DNA of 64,000 nt, from positions 51,596,464-51,660,463 of the forward strand of contig NC_043011.1 of assembly GCF_006345805.1 (NCBI RefSeq), in the 5' to 3' direction. Of this stretch, positions 39,635-53,689 are shown one piece after another (within the stretch, counting starts at the first letter, position 1; each line of letters begins with the position of its first letter). Source of the stretch: Octopus sinensis (taxonomy: Eukaryota). The position numbers were made by a program, and so were the translations under genes. A model generated the notes under the pieces. That model was not told the DNA's origin and searched no databases. It saw only the letters and a list, made by a program, of their open reading frames with translations.

Positions 39635-40107
39635 TGTTGTTGTTTGTAATGTTTTTTCACTTGTTTATTTATTGGAAGGTTAAAGGAGATAAAAGAAGAC
39701 AAGGGCAGAGATGTAAAACAATGAATTATGAGAGAGAGAGAGAGAGAGAGAGAGAATAGCAGAATCATTGGGAAATGGGCAGGTGGGTTGAGAAATCATT
39801 GTAGCATGTAGGAGTGGAAGCAGGAGGAGGAGGAAGAGAAGACAAAATGAAGAAAGAGAAATATGAAACAAAAAAATGTAGTTTTCTTCAAATTCGTTCA
39901 CCCTCCTGTCCACCATAGTTTAATGGAAGTCTATAATGGTTTGTTTTTTTAAACAAATCAGCCAAGACATTGCAACCAGGAAACAGCTATTCTTTCTTTT
40001 GATGGGGAAAGAAAATATCTTTTACTTGTTTCCTCCTCTCTTCTATCTATCTGTTTCCGTGGAGGGGAGAAGGAGGCAAAGAGATGGAACGATAAACAAA
40101 TAGATAG

Positions 40108-40148
<41 letters not shown>

Positions 40149-40302
40149 TAGGTAGGTAGATAGACAGATAAACAGAGAGAGAGATAGAGGAAAATTAAAG
40201 CAACCGACTAGCTTTTTATATGTATACATAGGTGTGTGTATGTACCTACACACACTCAAATACATACGTACATACATACATAATTACATACACACATGCA
40301 CG

Positions 40303-40337
<35 letters not shown>

Positions 40338-40777
40338 TCTTTACAGTTTCAGTATCAAGTCAACTAAACAGAATGCCCATTTATTGATTTTTCTTTTTTA
40401 AGTAAAATGCCAGAAATCTACAGAGAACAGGGACGAGATGATGAGAGGTTCATGACTTTCCTGAGAGTACTAGCAACAAAAATACAGAAAAATGTCCAAA
40501 ATTAGCTTCCTCAGTCATTTTGGATTTTTTGAAGTTGTGTATACAGATCAGAAGCTAAGAACTATGTACTGCATTAGCATGGGTTTCAAAGGATCCCAGC
40601 TTTCATATACTTTCCATCAAAACAAGAAATATGTATTTTCAAATACTCCTTAGACATTCTATAGTGGGCAAATTTACATCACAAACCTGAAAACACAATT
40701 AAGATTTTACAAGCTGATATGGTATATCTACTTGGTTACTTTACTAGAAATAACAGTTAAATCTATCTCTCTCTCTC

Positions 40778-41111
40778 CAGTAATGGTTCTCAACCATTTT
40801 TTTACCTATGGACCCCTTTGACTACTATTTTACTCTGGTGGACCCCCATAATCATTTGATGTTTAGAAATTTGTTTTATAGATACCTCTTTCAAAATTCC
40901 TTTTTTGTTTTTCACACATTAACTTGTGTAGGAAGGACTATGTAAAACGTTAGAGAAAGAAATCTGGCTGTTTCTTGCAATAAACACATCAAAAACAAAA
41001 TTTTTTCATGGACTACTGTGAATCCCCAGTTTACTGTTTTGCTTGAGTGGAACCCCACAAAATCTTATATGGACTCTTAGTGGTCATATGGACCCTGGGT
41101 GAGAAATGCTG
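40778..41111. mobile_element. hAT-like MITE
   Basis: Ends CAGTAATGGTTCTCAACC / GGTGAGAAATGCTG. A related fragment lies at about 39060-39140. Confidence 0.55.
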
Positions 41112-41859
41112 CTTTACAATATGAAAAAAGGGAAGGTCAAACTAACTACATGACCGGACTGTTTTTGATCAGAGATCTGCTGGGTCAGGGATGGACAAGG
41201 AATAATCTACAACAAACCTTTGCATTAGTTCTTCCAGCATGGATACAGCCAGACAGTTAAAATCAGTAAGATGGTGAAGTTTATTAACAATTAAGTTGTA
41301 TCTAATGCTTCAGAGGAATCCATTATGGCTACGAATATATGCTTGTGGGGTTTCTTTGAATGATGTTTAGTTAGCTTGCTAATTAACTTAATTAGATAAT
41401 GACTAGTAGAATATCCATGCCATTACCCTATCAGTTTCAATCAATTTTTCCCATTAATTCATTTTATAATCCAAGAGAAGAAGGGCTCAGATTCTTTTAG
41501 GAAGTGTTTGGTCAATAACAAATCCATCTTAACAATCATTGTTGTTGTTGTTGTTGTTGCTGCTTCTGCTGCTGCTGCAGTTGCTGCTACTGTTATTGTT
41601 GGATAACAAAGTCAACTTTGCTTGAAGGAAACCAGGCTGCTATATAATGACTTTGCCGTCTCAATCATCTTCAATTATTTCAAAATGATACTATTAAGTT
41701 TAGTCTGCTGCAATATCAGAAAATTTTTCCCCCCCACTAACTACTACTGGGAACATCTATGTGATTGTTTAAGTCACTAGAAATAGTAGCAAATATCTCC
41801 CTCAATCACACCATACTATCTTGAAAAAAAAAAAGAAAAGGGAATGACATATTGTTTAA

Positions 41860-42080
41860 CCCTTTAGTGTTCAGATTATTCTGTCAAATGTGATATTTGT
41901 TTATTTATATTGCTTTGAATTAATCATGCATTATCTTGTAGTTTAGAGATTTTAATGATGTGATTTTTTTAGTTTTAGAATGACATGGCAGGGTTGAGGT
42001 GAGAGGTGTGATCTGGTCAGTTTCAATATAAAACAGGTTAAATATTTTGGCCGGATATGGTCGGTTTGAATGCTAAAGGG
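41860..42080. mobile_element. piggyBac-type MITE, intact
   Basis: TTAA at 41856-41859 and 42081-42084; TIR CCCTTTAG/CTAAAGGG. Confidence 0.82.
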
Positions 42081-44275
42081 TTAATGTAATCCTAGATAAA
42101 TTAAGCTTAAAAAAATCTAAAACATGGTCAAGCTTAGGATACCTCCCTTCAGAGATTTGTTAATTGTCTACTTTTGATACATTTAACGCCTTAGTTAAGA
42201 GAATGGCTAATTCTGTCAAATTGCCTAACAATTTTAGCAGAAATTCTTCATGAATCTGGATTTTCTAACTAAATTGTCCTTCCTTAGTGCTTTCAAGAGA
42301 GGTTTAACTATAGCTGACATAAAATATAAATGGACTTTAATTTGTTTGTTGTGTGTTGTTTGTTGCTATTGTCATTAATCGTGGAATTTTGTAATTAAGG
42401 TGGGTGGAAGTTTTTATAGTGAGAAGCAGAGATTTCACCTCTGCTTTACCAAATCCATTAGAAAATTTCAACTAAAGTGTGAATATCTCTAATTATCCTT
42501 TACTGACAAGATGCTATCTTATCCTATTTTTCAATCAATTCACTAACAAATATGTATGGAGCAATAAGCACAAACACACATACAACCAATGCAATTATAT
42601 ATACATACATGCATTCACATACACAAATGCACAAAGCTGTGAGTGTGTATGGTATCTGTGTGTTTAGAAACTTTATATAATATCATTTCAGTGTTGGTCA
42701 TATATCAAACCAGTTTCACTAAATACATGCCAAATCTTGAAATGGAATCTAAATTACATCAAGTAGAGGGTGGGCAGAAAAACCAGGAGTGATTCCAACA
42801 TTTCTCAGCTATACTTGTTAACAGATTACCAAAACAGTTATTTTTCTAAAACAACTCAACAATTTTATTGCTTTTCCCTTTTCAAATTTTACTCAGGGTA
42901 TTGATTCATTACCAACAACCATTGCATAGTATCATTACATGTTTATCCTCTGACCATTCCACCATAATTCAACTCTACTCTACCAATCAACAACTGCTGC
43001 CACCACATGCCCATACTACCATAACATACTTCTAATCGATGAGCCAATAGAGAAAAACCACTTGACCGATTGGAATTCAATCACTAAGAGACATGCTTCA
43101 TTCGGCCTCTGACCCACATGTGTACTGTCTTCTCTCTGTCTTTTTTATTACTACTGTAATGGTCTCTGCTCCTTCAGCTGGCTGGTCTTGTACTCTCACC
43201 ACTCAGTCATTCCTAACCAACTCGTCTTTCTACCTCTCATCACTTTTGGTGCAGCCAGCCTCCTTGGCACACACGACCCATTATGCCCAGTCCATTCTTG
43301 TCAGATCGCTGTTCCACTGGACTCTTCTTCCTGCTCATATCTTCCTGGCAGGTGTTGCTGTGTAACAGTCTAATGGAACATTAATGGTACCATGCTCAAC
43401 AGACGGCTGACATAACAAGTGAAAGAAAAAAGATAAGAAGGAAAACAAGGAAGTGTCTACAAGGAGATCCAGTCTGCTAGAAATCACACCATGCTATCTT
43501 ATAAAAAGAGAACACGTAAGACAATGTGGTTTTGGGTATACAACACAATGGGATGATCACAGCTGGAATGCTTGAACATAGATCTAAAACCTGATCATTA
43601 GCTAGTTAAACAACAACAGCAACAAGAACATATTCAGGCAATCATAAGTTACTTTTTATCTTATTGGTGCTATGTGGTTGTTCAATAGCTTCAAATATTG
43701 AGAATCTAAAATGCAGCAACCAACAAGTATTCGAGGATTTTGTATTTGTGGTTGAGGTGACACAAACAGGATGTGAAGGATTTGGAAATCTATAGGTAAT
43801 GGAACAGTTTTAAGTACCTTAGCACACCGGGTTTGTGATTGTAGTATTTCTGTTAGACCAGGATTCAGAAACTATGGCTGAGATACCAAGTTTAAAACTT
43901 GTGATCAAAGAGAGACACATTGAATAATTTTAGACTTCTATACGAACAAACCATACCAAAACTGACATTGGAATAGGGTGCAGTCTCCAGATTCACTGGA
44001 TCCTATCAAACTGTCAAACCTGTGTCAACATGCACATTAAATGATGATGATGATGATGAAAATTTGAGAAGAAGGATGAGCGGTTTAGCATTTTCTATAT
44101 TGTTAGCCTGAACAGAAGGACCATAACTTTTACAAGTCTATTTTGTATGATTAGTAATTAACTTGAATTTTGGAGGAAGTGTGGTTTACACAGAAGAAAA
44201 GAAGGGGTGACTCCCACAAACTCTTACAGGCTCTTCAAGTCTTGGTGAGTTTGATACAATTAATCTTCAGTTTAA

Positions 44276-44510
44276 CCCTTTAGCATGTAAACTGACCACA
44301 TCGGGCACAAATATTCTACATGTTTTATGTTCAAACTGGCAAGATCCAACATCTCACACCTACCATACAAAAATATACAATCACATCATTGAAATCTCAA
44401 AATATGCAATCACATCATTGAAATCTCAAAGCAATGAGATAAAGCATGATTAATTCAAACCAATTTGAATAAATAAGCATAATTGACATAGAAATATGAA
44501 TGCTAAAGAG
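44276..44510. mobile_element. piggyBac-type MITE (opposite orientation, small internal tandem duplication)
   Basis: TTAA at 44272-44275 and 44511-44514; CAATCACATCATTGAAATCTCAAA occurs twice. Confidence 0.75.
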
Positions 44511-44599
44511 TTAAACACCTTTACAGGTGACAACCTGTAAAACAAAAGAAAAAGGTAGGCAGGGAGAGAATTCCAAATGGTTGACATTCTGGGAAGAAA

Positions 44600-44830
44600 G
44601 ATATTTGTTTCATTATTACCCACAAGGGGCTAAACATAGAGGGGACAAACAAGTACAGACGCACGGATTAAGTCGATTGCATCGACCCCAGTGCGTAACT
44701 GGGTCTTGATTTATCGACCCTGAAAGGATGAAAAGCAAAGTCAACCTCGGCGGAATTTGAACTCAGAACGTAACGGCAGACGAAATACGGCTACGCATTT
44801 TGCCCGGCGTGCTAACTATTCTGCCAGCTC
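44600..44830 (-). mobile_element. Long-tailed young tRNA-derived SINE
   Basis: Same body and tail as 2199-2445. Confidence 0.8.
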
Positions 44831-45232
44831 AGCTTAGTTTGAGGCTCTCAAAGTGTTTTGGATGGATGTAATTTGTGGTGATATGCAACCAGTTAGTTCA
44901 GAGGAAGAGAAGCTGTTATCCAATGTGTCCTTTCCTTATTTAAGACAGCAGACAGAATTTGAGGGAATTTGACCTATTACTTTTACCAGGTTGTGTGACC
45001 ATGAAGAGGCATCCCTGTTGGCTTTGTCTATATAGAATCTATAAATACAGTGGTAACTGGTCACATGGTACCAAGCAGTTCACAGGTTCAAGTTCCATTT
45101 GTCAGTTGAGATAACATATTGCAGGTGTTTATATTGATATTTCTGTGTCCATACTGTCTGTGTGGTGATCATGATATCTTAAGATTTTGGACTTAAAACA
45201 GTTGTGTGTGATGGGTGAAAAGTGTGTAGAGA

Positions 45233-45268
<36 letters not shown>

Positions 45269-46165
45269 AAAAGAGTTACAGTCATACATTTTTAGAGATT
45301 AATATATAGAAAGTACAAGAAAGAATGGTAAAGAGAAGGAATGATACAAAGGATTTGAGAGTCAGAAAGTTTATTGATAGAGAATATTGGGAGAGAAGAA
45401 ATGGAGAGAGAGAGAGAGGGGGGGAGAAACAGAGTGTGTTAAAGGGAGAGGGTAAATGTGTGAAGAAAACAAAGTGACAGGTAGAGAAGCAATTGTGAGA
45501 CAGCTAGAGAGAAAGTGAGAGAAATATGGAAAGGGAAAGATCTGGGAGCAGTGAGAGAGAGAGAGAGAGACAGAGAGAGAACGAAATAAAATCAGACCTC
45601 TACACAGAAATGTCTTTTCAGAAGTCTAATTAATTTTGAATCTGGTACAGAGGGTGGATGGTAGAAGATGAAGGTGATGGTGGCATCAATGGGGATGTAA
45701 AGGTTTCGGTATTGGTACAGGTGGTGATGTCGGTGGTGGTGGTGGTGGTAGTATTGGAAGGTTGTAAAAAGAGGTTATAGTGATGTTGACAGTGGAGCTG
45801 GTGATGGTGGTGGTGGTGGTGGTGGTGGGTGAAATAGCAGTGTAACAATCTGTGAAGCAAATAATTACAAGACCAAAACAGAAGGTGCAGTGATTCTTTT
45901 GATAAAGTTGCCAGAGAAGAGGGAGAGTGAGAGTGTGTTATGCGTATGAGAGGGTGTGCGTTTGTTGTGAGTGTGTATGTGTGTATGAGTGAATATGTTG
46001 TGTGTGTGTGTGTGTGTGTGAGTGAGAGAGAAAGGGAAAGAGAGAATGAGAGAGTAAGAGAAAAAGAGGTATAGAGAAAGAGGGTAAGTGAAGTGAGAGT
46101 AAAGTTTTTACAGAAGCACACTCCCTTTATTTCATAAGGCTGAAGGGAGTGAGAAAGAAGGAGGA

Positions 46166-46209
<44 letters not shown>

Positions 46210-46493
46210 CATAGAGACAGACAGACAGAAGTTAGAATGAGGGAAAGTGTGTGCGAGAGAACAAGAAAGAGTGAGAGGTGGGAAAACACAGACAGAAATT
46301 ACAATGAAAAAGAAAGAGAGAAAGAGAGAGAGAGAGAGGGAGAGAGAGAGAAACAGACACAGAAAGAACATAGAATGAGAGAAAGAAGGAGAGAGAAAAA
46401 GAAGAAAGAAAAATAGAGTAAGAGGGAAAGAGAGGTGAGAGTAAAATTTCCTCAGTCACACACCATTCATTTCATAAAAGGAGAGAAATAAAC

Positions 46494-46559
<66 letters not shown>

Positions 46560-47051
46560 GTTAATATTTTCTCAGAAAAGAATTCCTTTTATCAGGAATC
46601 AATATCAGCCATAAAAACCTTCTTCAGGCCAAACCATTCTCAGATAGGTTTACAGTGTTCGCTGTTACCTCTAACCCACCTCTTTTCTTTCTCTCTTTCA
46701 CTTTCACTTTCTCTCTCTTTCCCTCTCTCTTTCTTTCCCTCTCTCTTTCTTTCTAAGAGCTGTTTTTGTTGAGGTTGTAACTCAACCACCAAAACAACAG
46801 AACCACCACCAACCACCACCACCACCACCACCACCATCACCACCACCACCACCACCACCATCACCACCAACCACCATTATCATCATCATCATTGATAACA
46901 CTGGAAATAACACTAATAATAAAAGTAACGATAATAACTAAAGTAAGAAAAGTAAAACCAATGTTAATCTGAATACTAAAGGCAAAACTAAAACGATTTA
47001 TATATCATATCACATCAGATGTGTGTATGTGTGTATACATTATACCTACAG

Positions 47052-47099
<48 letters not shown>

Positions 47100-47539
47100 G
47101 CACCCACGCACTTACATATATGTATTTATTATTTTACTGGTTCCAAACAATATACAGTGGTCATGATGGCACACCTTCTTCAAGGGTTTTCTTTGATTAC
47201 AACGAGCCCAGTGGAGTTTCCATTTATTGAAAGTTCATTCACAAGGCCTAGTTGACCCAAAGCTATGGTAGAAAACACGTGTCCAAGGTACAATGTGTTT
47301 GAACTTGGAACCATACGACTGATTGTGAAACCTAATTCTTAACAACCAAGTATGTATGTGTGTGCATGTGTATGCCCATACACACAGATAGACACATGTG
47401 TGCGCACACATACACAAATACAAAACGGACATATATATGTGTGAATCTGTGTATTTGAGTGTCTCTATGTTTGCATGCACAACAGAGAAAGCCACATGTG
47501 GTTGTTATTAGAATATCCAAGGTATCAGTGAATGAGCCA

Positions 47540-47780
47540 CAAACATGGTCCGATTCGGTAACAGACTCAGTGATTTACTGAAGATGCAGGTGGATGTCAA
47601 CCAGAAATCTGCATTTAAAAACTTTCCTCCTTACTATAGCCAGAGAGATTAAATATTAATGCCTGTCTCCAGGTAATTTTATATTCAATGACTCTTTTTA
47701 TTACAGGATCTTTTGAAGAGCTTCAGAAAATATTTGAAATGAGAAGAGTAAAAGCCTCAAGATAAATATAGAAAATGCTA
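47540..47780 (+). mobile_element. Very decayed RTE reverse-transcriptase fragment (tentative)
   Basis: VRFGNRLSDLLKMQVDVNQKSAF resembles the RTE motif VRVG..S..F.V.VGVHQGS. Confidence 0.35.
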
Positions 47781-47889
47781 AAATTGACTTACTAAAAGAA
47801 GAGCAAGAGAAACCAAGGGCAATAACCAAGGAAGTGACCTCACTCAGTATGCAGCTACACCAATTTACAGTTGATATTATTTTATATCA

Positions 47890-48300
47890 AGAAGGTGGCA
47901 AGCTGGCAGAAATGTTAGCATGCCAGGCGAAATGCTTAGTGGCATTTCGTCTGTCTTTATGTTCTGAGTTCAAATTCCACCGAGGTCGACTTTGCCTCTC
48001 ATCCTTTCGGGGTCAATAAATTAAGTACTAGTTGCATACTGGGTTCGATCTAATCGACTGGCCCCCTCCCACAAAATTTCGGGTTTTTGTGCTTAGAGTA
48101 GAAAAGAATATTTTTTATCAAGTGAGGGTAACAAGCTGGCAAAATTGTTAGCATGCCAAGCAAAATTCCACCAAGGTTGACTTTGCCTTTCATTCTTTCA
48201 GAGTCAATAAAATAAATACCAGTTGACTACTAGGGATCAATGTAATCAACTTATCCTTCCCTCAAAATTGCTGGTCTTGTGCCAAAATTTGAAACTAATA
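47890..48300 (+). mobile_element. Two tandem tRNA-derived SINEs
   Basis: AAGGTGGCAAGCTGGCAGAAATGTTAGC head and core, then a second, deleted copy. Confidence 0.75.
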
Positions 48301-49607
48301 TTTTATATGAAATGAAAGCAAAGGCAAAGTGATGGTGCACCAAAATTTTGGATGCATTAAACGGACAAGGTGTGTGGCCTAGTGGTTAAGGTGATGAGCT
48401 CACAATCATAAGGTTCTGGGTTTGATTCCTGGACTGGGTAGTGTGTGGTGTCCTTGAGCAAAGCATTGTTTCATGTTGGTCTGGTCTACTCATCCTAAAA
48501 TGGAGTTCCAGCTGACTGCTGGTGCAACTCCCCATTCCTTCGGCTATCACAGCCTGAAAGTTCCCCTGGATCAAGAGTAGTAGGTCTTAGAGGGTGTCTA
48601 TATCTGCTCATGATTTCATAGGTACCTAAAACAATGAATGTGTGATACAAACTATCAGACCATATTCACTTGCAAATGACAACTAAGTTTAAGCTATGGA
48701 GTATTCGACATAAAGCAGAGCTTTGAAATAATACCTACATTGGTTCTTTTATTCTTTTACTAGCCTCAGCTTTTGCGTCATGGCCATGTGAAACACCATT
48801 TTCAAGGCTTTAAGTCAACATATTGATTCCAGTATATAGTCTGGTACTAGTTTTATCTGTTGCTATTCATCAAATGTTTAAGTGGATACATGTTACATCC
48901 CTTTAGATTGTTACCTCCCTTTTACAGACTTAAATGCCATAAAGTATTTGCATTACTATACCCAAACACAAGCAGACATAAACACACACACACACACACA
49001 CACAATGGGTTTCTGCACAGTATCTCTGATCAGATATTGATCAAGCGAGGTTATGTTGGAAATGTCTTGCCCAAAGTGTGGCTAGATCGAAGTTGGAACC
49101 ACGTGGGTGTGGTGCAAAGTTCTTAACTACAAAGCAATGCCTGTACCCATATACATATATTCGAAAATCTTTACATTGATTATTTTTCCATAAATGTGTT
49201 TTAGGGGTCCAAAAAACATTATCTTTCAGTTTTCATGTACATATTTTATGTACACATATATGTCTATATGTATGTAAGTATGCATACATACACATGCATT
49301 TTTCTCTTTCTCTCACTCTCCCCTCATAGATACACACAAACACACACACACATACACACACACACACATATACATATATACATACATACCTTCACACATA
49401 CACACTTATGGTTAAATAAGATTCAGGTAAAAGCCTTGTAGAATGTTATGCAAAGCTCATCCACAGTTATTGGCTACCTGTCGTTCATTCCAATTTTCTA
49501 TTATATATCTATCTATATATATATATATCTTCCTCTCCCTCTCCCCCTATATACATATATATATATAAATAAAAAGGGGTTTATATGATTGTGTATAGAG
49601 GGATGTA

Positions 49608-50005
49608 TATTATTCAAAGGAATTTCAACTCTGTTCTTTATGTTTTATTTATATTCTTTATAATGTTAATGTAGAATATAGAATATATAGTATAAATAGT
49701 ATATATATAGTAAAAGTATTGATTGTCTTATTGAATAGATGAAATACTGAATATCAAATATTAAGGGACTAGTATACTTTCTTGCATTTTAGCAGTCTTC
49801 AAGGTCCCAGGTTGTGACAGGAATGTTTCAAGAAAGTATACTAGTCCCTTAATATTTGATATTCAATTTTTCATCTATTCAATAAGACAATCAATACTTC
49901 ATTTCATTTTACTATGTATATACTATATATTCTATATTCTACATTAACATTATAAAATATATAAATAAAACATAAAAAACAGAGTTGGAATTCCTTTGAA
50001 TAATA
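49608..50005. repeat. Long inverted repeat, ~177-bp arms and 44-nt spacer, apex at a hammerhead motif (inverted pLTR-like)
   Basis: 49608-49784 is a near-perfect reverse complement of 49829-50005. Ends abut TA/TACA repeats. Confidence 0.9.
49765..49808 (-). ncRNA. Minimal type I hammerhead-like motif (family D)
   Basis: GGGAC-CUUGAAGA-CUGC(UAAAAU)GCAA-GAAA-GUAUAC-UA-GUCCC: perfect 5-bp stem I, palindromic stem III AGUAUACU, CUA triplet. Confidence 0.65.
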
Positions 50006-50585
50006 CATACATACATACATACATATATTTATATATTTATATATACATATATATGAATGTATACTGTCATCCTCTGGTTTCCACGGTTTCACTTAACACA
50101 GTTTTTGCTTTTGATTGAATTTCTTTCTTATTATTTTATATTACGTAAATAGAAACCCCAATTCAGTGTTTTCCGTTTTAGTTCAGGTTTTTATTTTCCA
50201 GTGATTTTGTTTTCAGTTCACTTCTTCAAGAGCGAAGCAGACAGTGCTCTAAACTAACACTTAAGTTACAATTATGCTTTTATATTTTGTTAAATATTTT
50301 CAAGATTGAATAATAGCATTTCAGATGTCAAGAAAATTGATTTTTCTAGAAATGATAATTAATATATTAAATCAACTTTCAAAATGGAAAGGGTTCAACA
50401 GAAACAAAACAATTTAATATAAACAAAATAATCGTTAGAACAGATAAAAGGAAAATAAGAAAAAAAAAGGAAAAATCAGAGTCAGTATAATTGCTGGATC
50501 TTCAATAACTTTAAAACACTAATGTTTTACATGATTTTGATTTGCACAGTGACTCACAGAATCAATCTACCATGTAAATGAGGGA

Positions 50586-50622
<37 letters not shown>

Positions 50623-51853
50623 GTGTGTGTGTGTGTGTGTGTGTGTGAAGTAGTATGTTCTTACCAACCTTTTGCATCATGATAAGGGAAGAAAACTAAA
50701 GTTGGAAATAAACAGTTCATAGTTATGGAGTTAAGGTAGTGGTGGTAGTGGTATCAGCAGTGACACTGGTTGATAATGGTGAATGGTGAGGAGAGGAGAA
50801 GAGGAAGAAGTAGAAATAGTGGAATCAATAAAAAAGATAGATAAAAAAACGAAAGAGAAACAGGAAGAGAAGAAGAGAGAGAGAGAGAGAGCGGGGAGAG
50901 ATATCAAGAAAGACAGGGTATCTAAAGAAGTGGGAGTTGATGTAAACATGCAAGAGAAAGAGTGAGAGTGATATGGAAATTTAAACAGGAAGTGGGAGGG
51001 AAAAAAAAGAATATGAGGATGTGGCAAAGTTTGTGACATCACTGCATCTTTGGTAACTTTATTCTCTCCTTCCTTCCTTCCTTTCTTTCTGCATTTGTTT
51101 GAAATGATTTTGATGTGTATCTTAGTATATAAAATAATGGCATCTTTAGTTGACACTTTTATTTCACAAAAGAACAGAAAAAAAATGTTGTTGTTCTGCA
51201 TCTATGTGTGCATGCATGCGTGTGTGTGTGTGTGTGTCAGTATGCATGTGTACATGTAAATGTGTTACATCTTCGATTTTGTTCCACAGTTCAGATTGTT
51301 TACCTCCTGACATGAAGAGAAAACAAACAGATAACAACTCTCAAGGTAGAAAAGGTGGCAAATGTATAACAAGCACTATAGCTTTCAGAGATGCTGTCTG
51401 CTAAGACTGCACATTCAACACTACCTGGGTGGACATTTAACACCATCTTCAGAATCAAATATCCAAACAAAATACAATTTCATAAAGTTTATATTTCATT
51501 GTCTTCTATAAACTTCCAATCCTCTTACAGTTTTCATAATAACTACAGAGTTTCTATGAACACTGCTAGAATGTCTTTTATCTTTTACGGGTTTCAGTCT
51601 TTGGATTATGGTCATGCTGGGGCATTGACTTGAAGGGTGTAGTCAGACAAATCACACTCAGGACCTATATTTTGTTTAAAGTTTGGAACTTAATCTACTG
51701 GTCTCTTTTGCTGAATTTCTAAGTTAAGGGGACATAAACAAACCAACACACACACACAATGCACATATATATATATATATATCATCATCATCATCGTCAT
51801 CATTTAAAGCGGACGTTAAATGATGGTGATGATGATGATGATGATGATGATGA

Positions 51854-51889
<36 letters not shown>

Positions 51890-52829
51890 CAGGAGGTTTA
51901 AATTCGAATCTTTATGCGCGAGTGTGCATATGGTGGGCTTTTTCAGTTCCCGTCTACTAAGTCCACTCACAAGGCTTTGGTTGGCCCGAGGCTATAGTAG
52001 AAGACACTTGCAAATGATGCAATGCAGATGGACTGAACCCACAACCATATGGTTAGGAAGCAAACTTGTAACCACGCAGCCATTTGTGCATATCTTTTAT
52101 CTTTTATTTCTTGCAGTAAGTGGACTATGACACTACCTCGAAGGGTTTAGTCAAACCAATCAGCCCCAGTACCAATTTTTTAAAGTCTGGTGCTTATTTA
52201 TTAGTCGCTTTTGTTAAACCATTTAGTTACAGGGATGTAAACAAACTGACACTAGTTGGGTGAGGGAATAAATACAAACACAAATACACATATGTGCACA
52301 CGCACACACACATATACAGGTACACTCACACATGATGGGCCTCTACATAGTTTCTGTCTACCAAACTCACTTGCAAGGTGTTGGTTGGTTCAAAGCTAAA
52401 GTAAAGGACATGCCTGTATATATTATACATATATACATATAGACATGTGTGTGTGTGTTTTCTGGTTATGATTCACTCCATGATTACTCTGAATTTCTTG
52501 TTCATGTGCCTTCACTGATGGTTTTTAACTTATTGTGACCGGAATGAATGCACAGAGTTGAGAAACACGCAGTAGTGATGAAACAAATCAATGGCTCCAA
52601 TGAATAAATAAACTCTACTACATGTATTGAGTACATTCTTTTTTTCCTGTTTACAAAAACGAAATGTATCACATACACTTGTCATCGCTTCTGTCTTGAG
52701 AGAAGTTATCTATTATTTTTAACTTTACATCAAGAAGTAAACAATTTTAACTAAAGAATGAAATCAAAGACGTATTATATCTACATCATGCATACACATA
52801 CTGAAATACATACATACACACACACACAC

Positions 52830-52895
<66 letters not shown>

Positions 52896-53656
52896 GTGTG
52901 TCTGTGTGAGTCTATTTCAGAATTATCCATGTTTAGAAAGAGACTTGATTTGAGACTATGTTGAAACTAAAACAATTACATTGTAGAAGAGTTGTTTCAG
53001 CCACATAAGAACACATAAAACTATTCATTTCCCCATTTAATACATCCTCTTTCATAATAGACTGAACTATATTAAGAAATAAATGAAAAGTGAATATAAC
53101 AGTTTTGTGTGTTTTTAAATGGCTAAAATGACTTTTATAATGTAAATTGTTTTATAATTACATATTATATACATATATATTCATATATATATATATGTGT
53201 GTATATATATATATATATATGTGTGTATATATATATGTATATATATATATATATATATGTATATCAACACACGCACATACACACATACATACTGTCACAT
53301 AATCACATTGTCTATATATAGATATTCACGGATGAACACAGATATATACAGACATAAATACACCAAATTATGTGCAGATAAATGTGTCTAGATGATGATG
53401 ATGATGGTGATGATGGTGGTGGTGGTGGTGGTGCTGATGATGATGGTGGTGGTGGTGGTGGTGATGGTGGTGGTTGGCTTACTGGTACTGATGAAGGTAG
53501 GAGGTGGGGTTCAAACTAGTGACTATTAGTAGGAGTAATAATGATGATTATGATGGTATAGATGACAATGCTGCTGCTGCTGCTGCTGCTACAGGTGATG
53601 ATGGTAATTATTACAGAGGTGGCAATGTTCCTGTGTAAAAAGGTATAGATAACAGC

Positions 53657-53689
<33 letters not shown>

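Noticed and set aside
43093-43373. GC-richer stretch with ORFs, possible exon
   Set aside because: The minus strand gives RRVQW..RMD and RGRKTSW fragments with stops, more like an old RTE remnant.
50220-50275. GAGC...GCTC-TAAAC hammerhead-like stem
   Set aside because: Lacks a CUGANGA-like core and G12; no stem I.
52515-52595. CUGAUGG...GAAAC..GUA with a long stem II
   Set aside because: Needs several core deviations and an offset stem I; not supportable.
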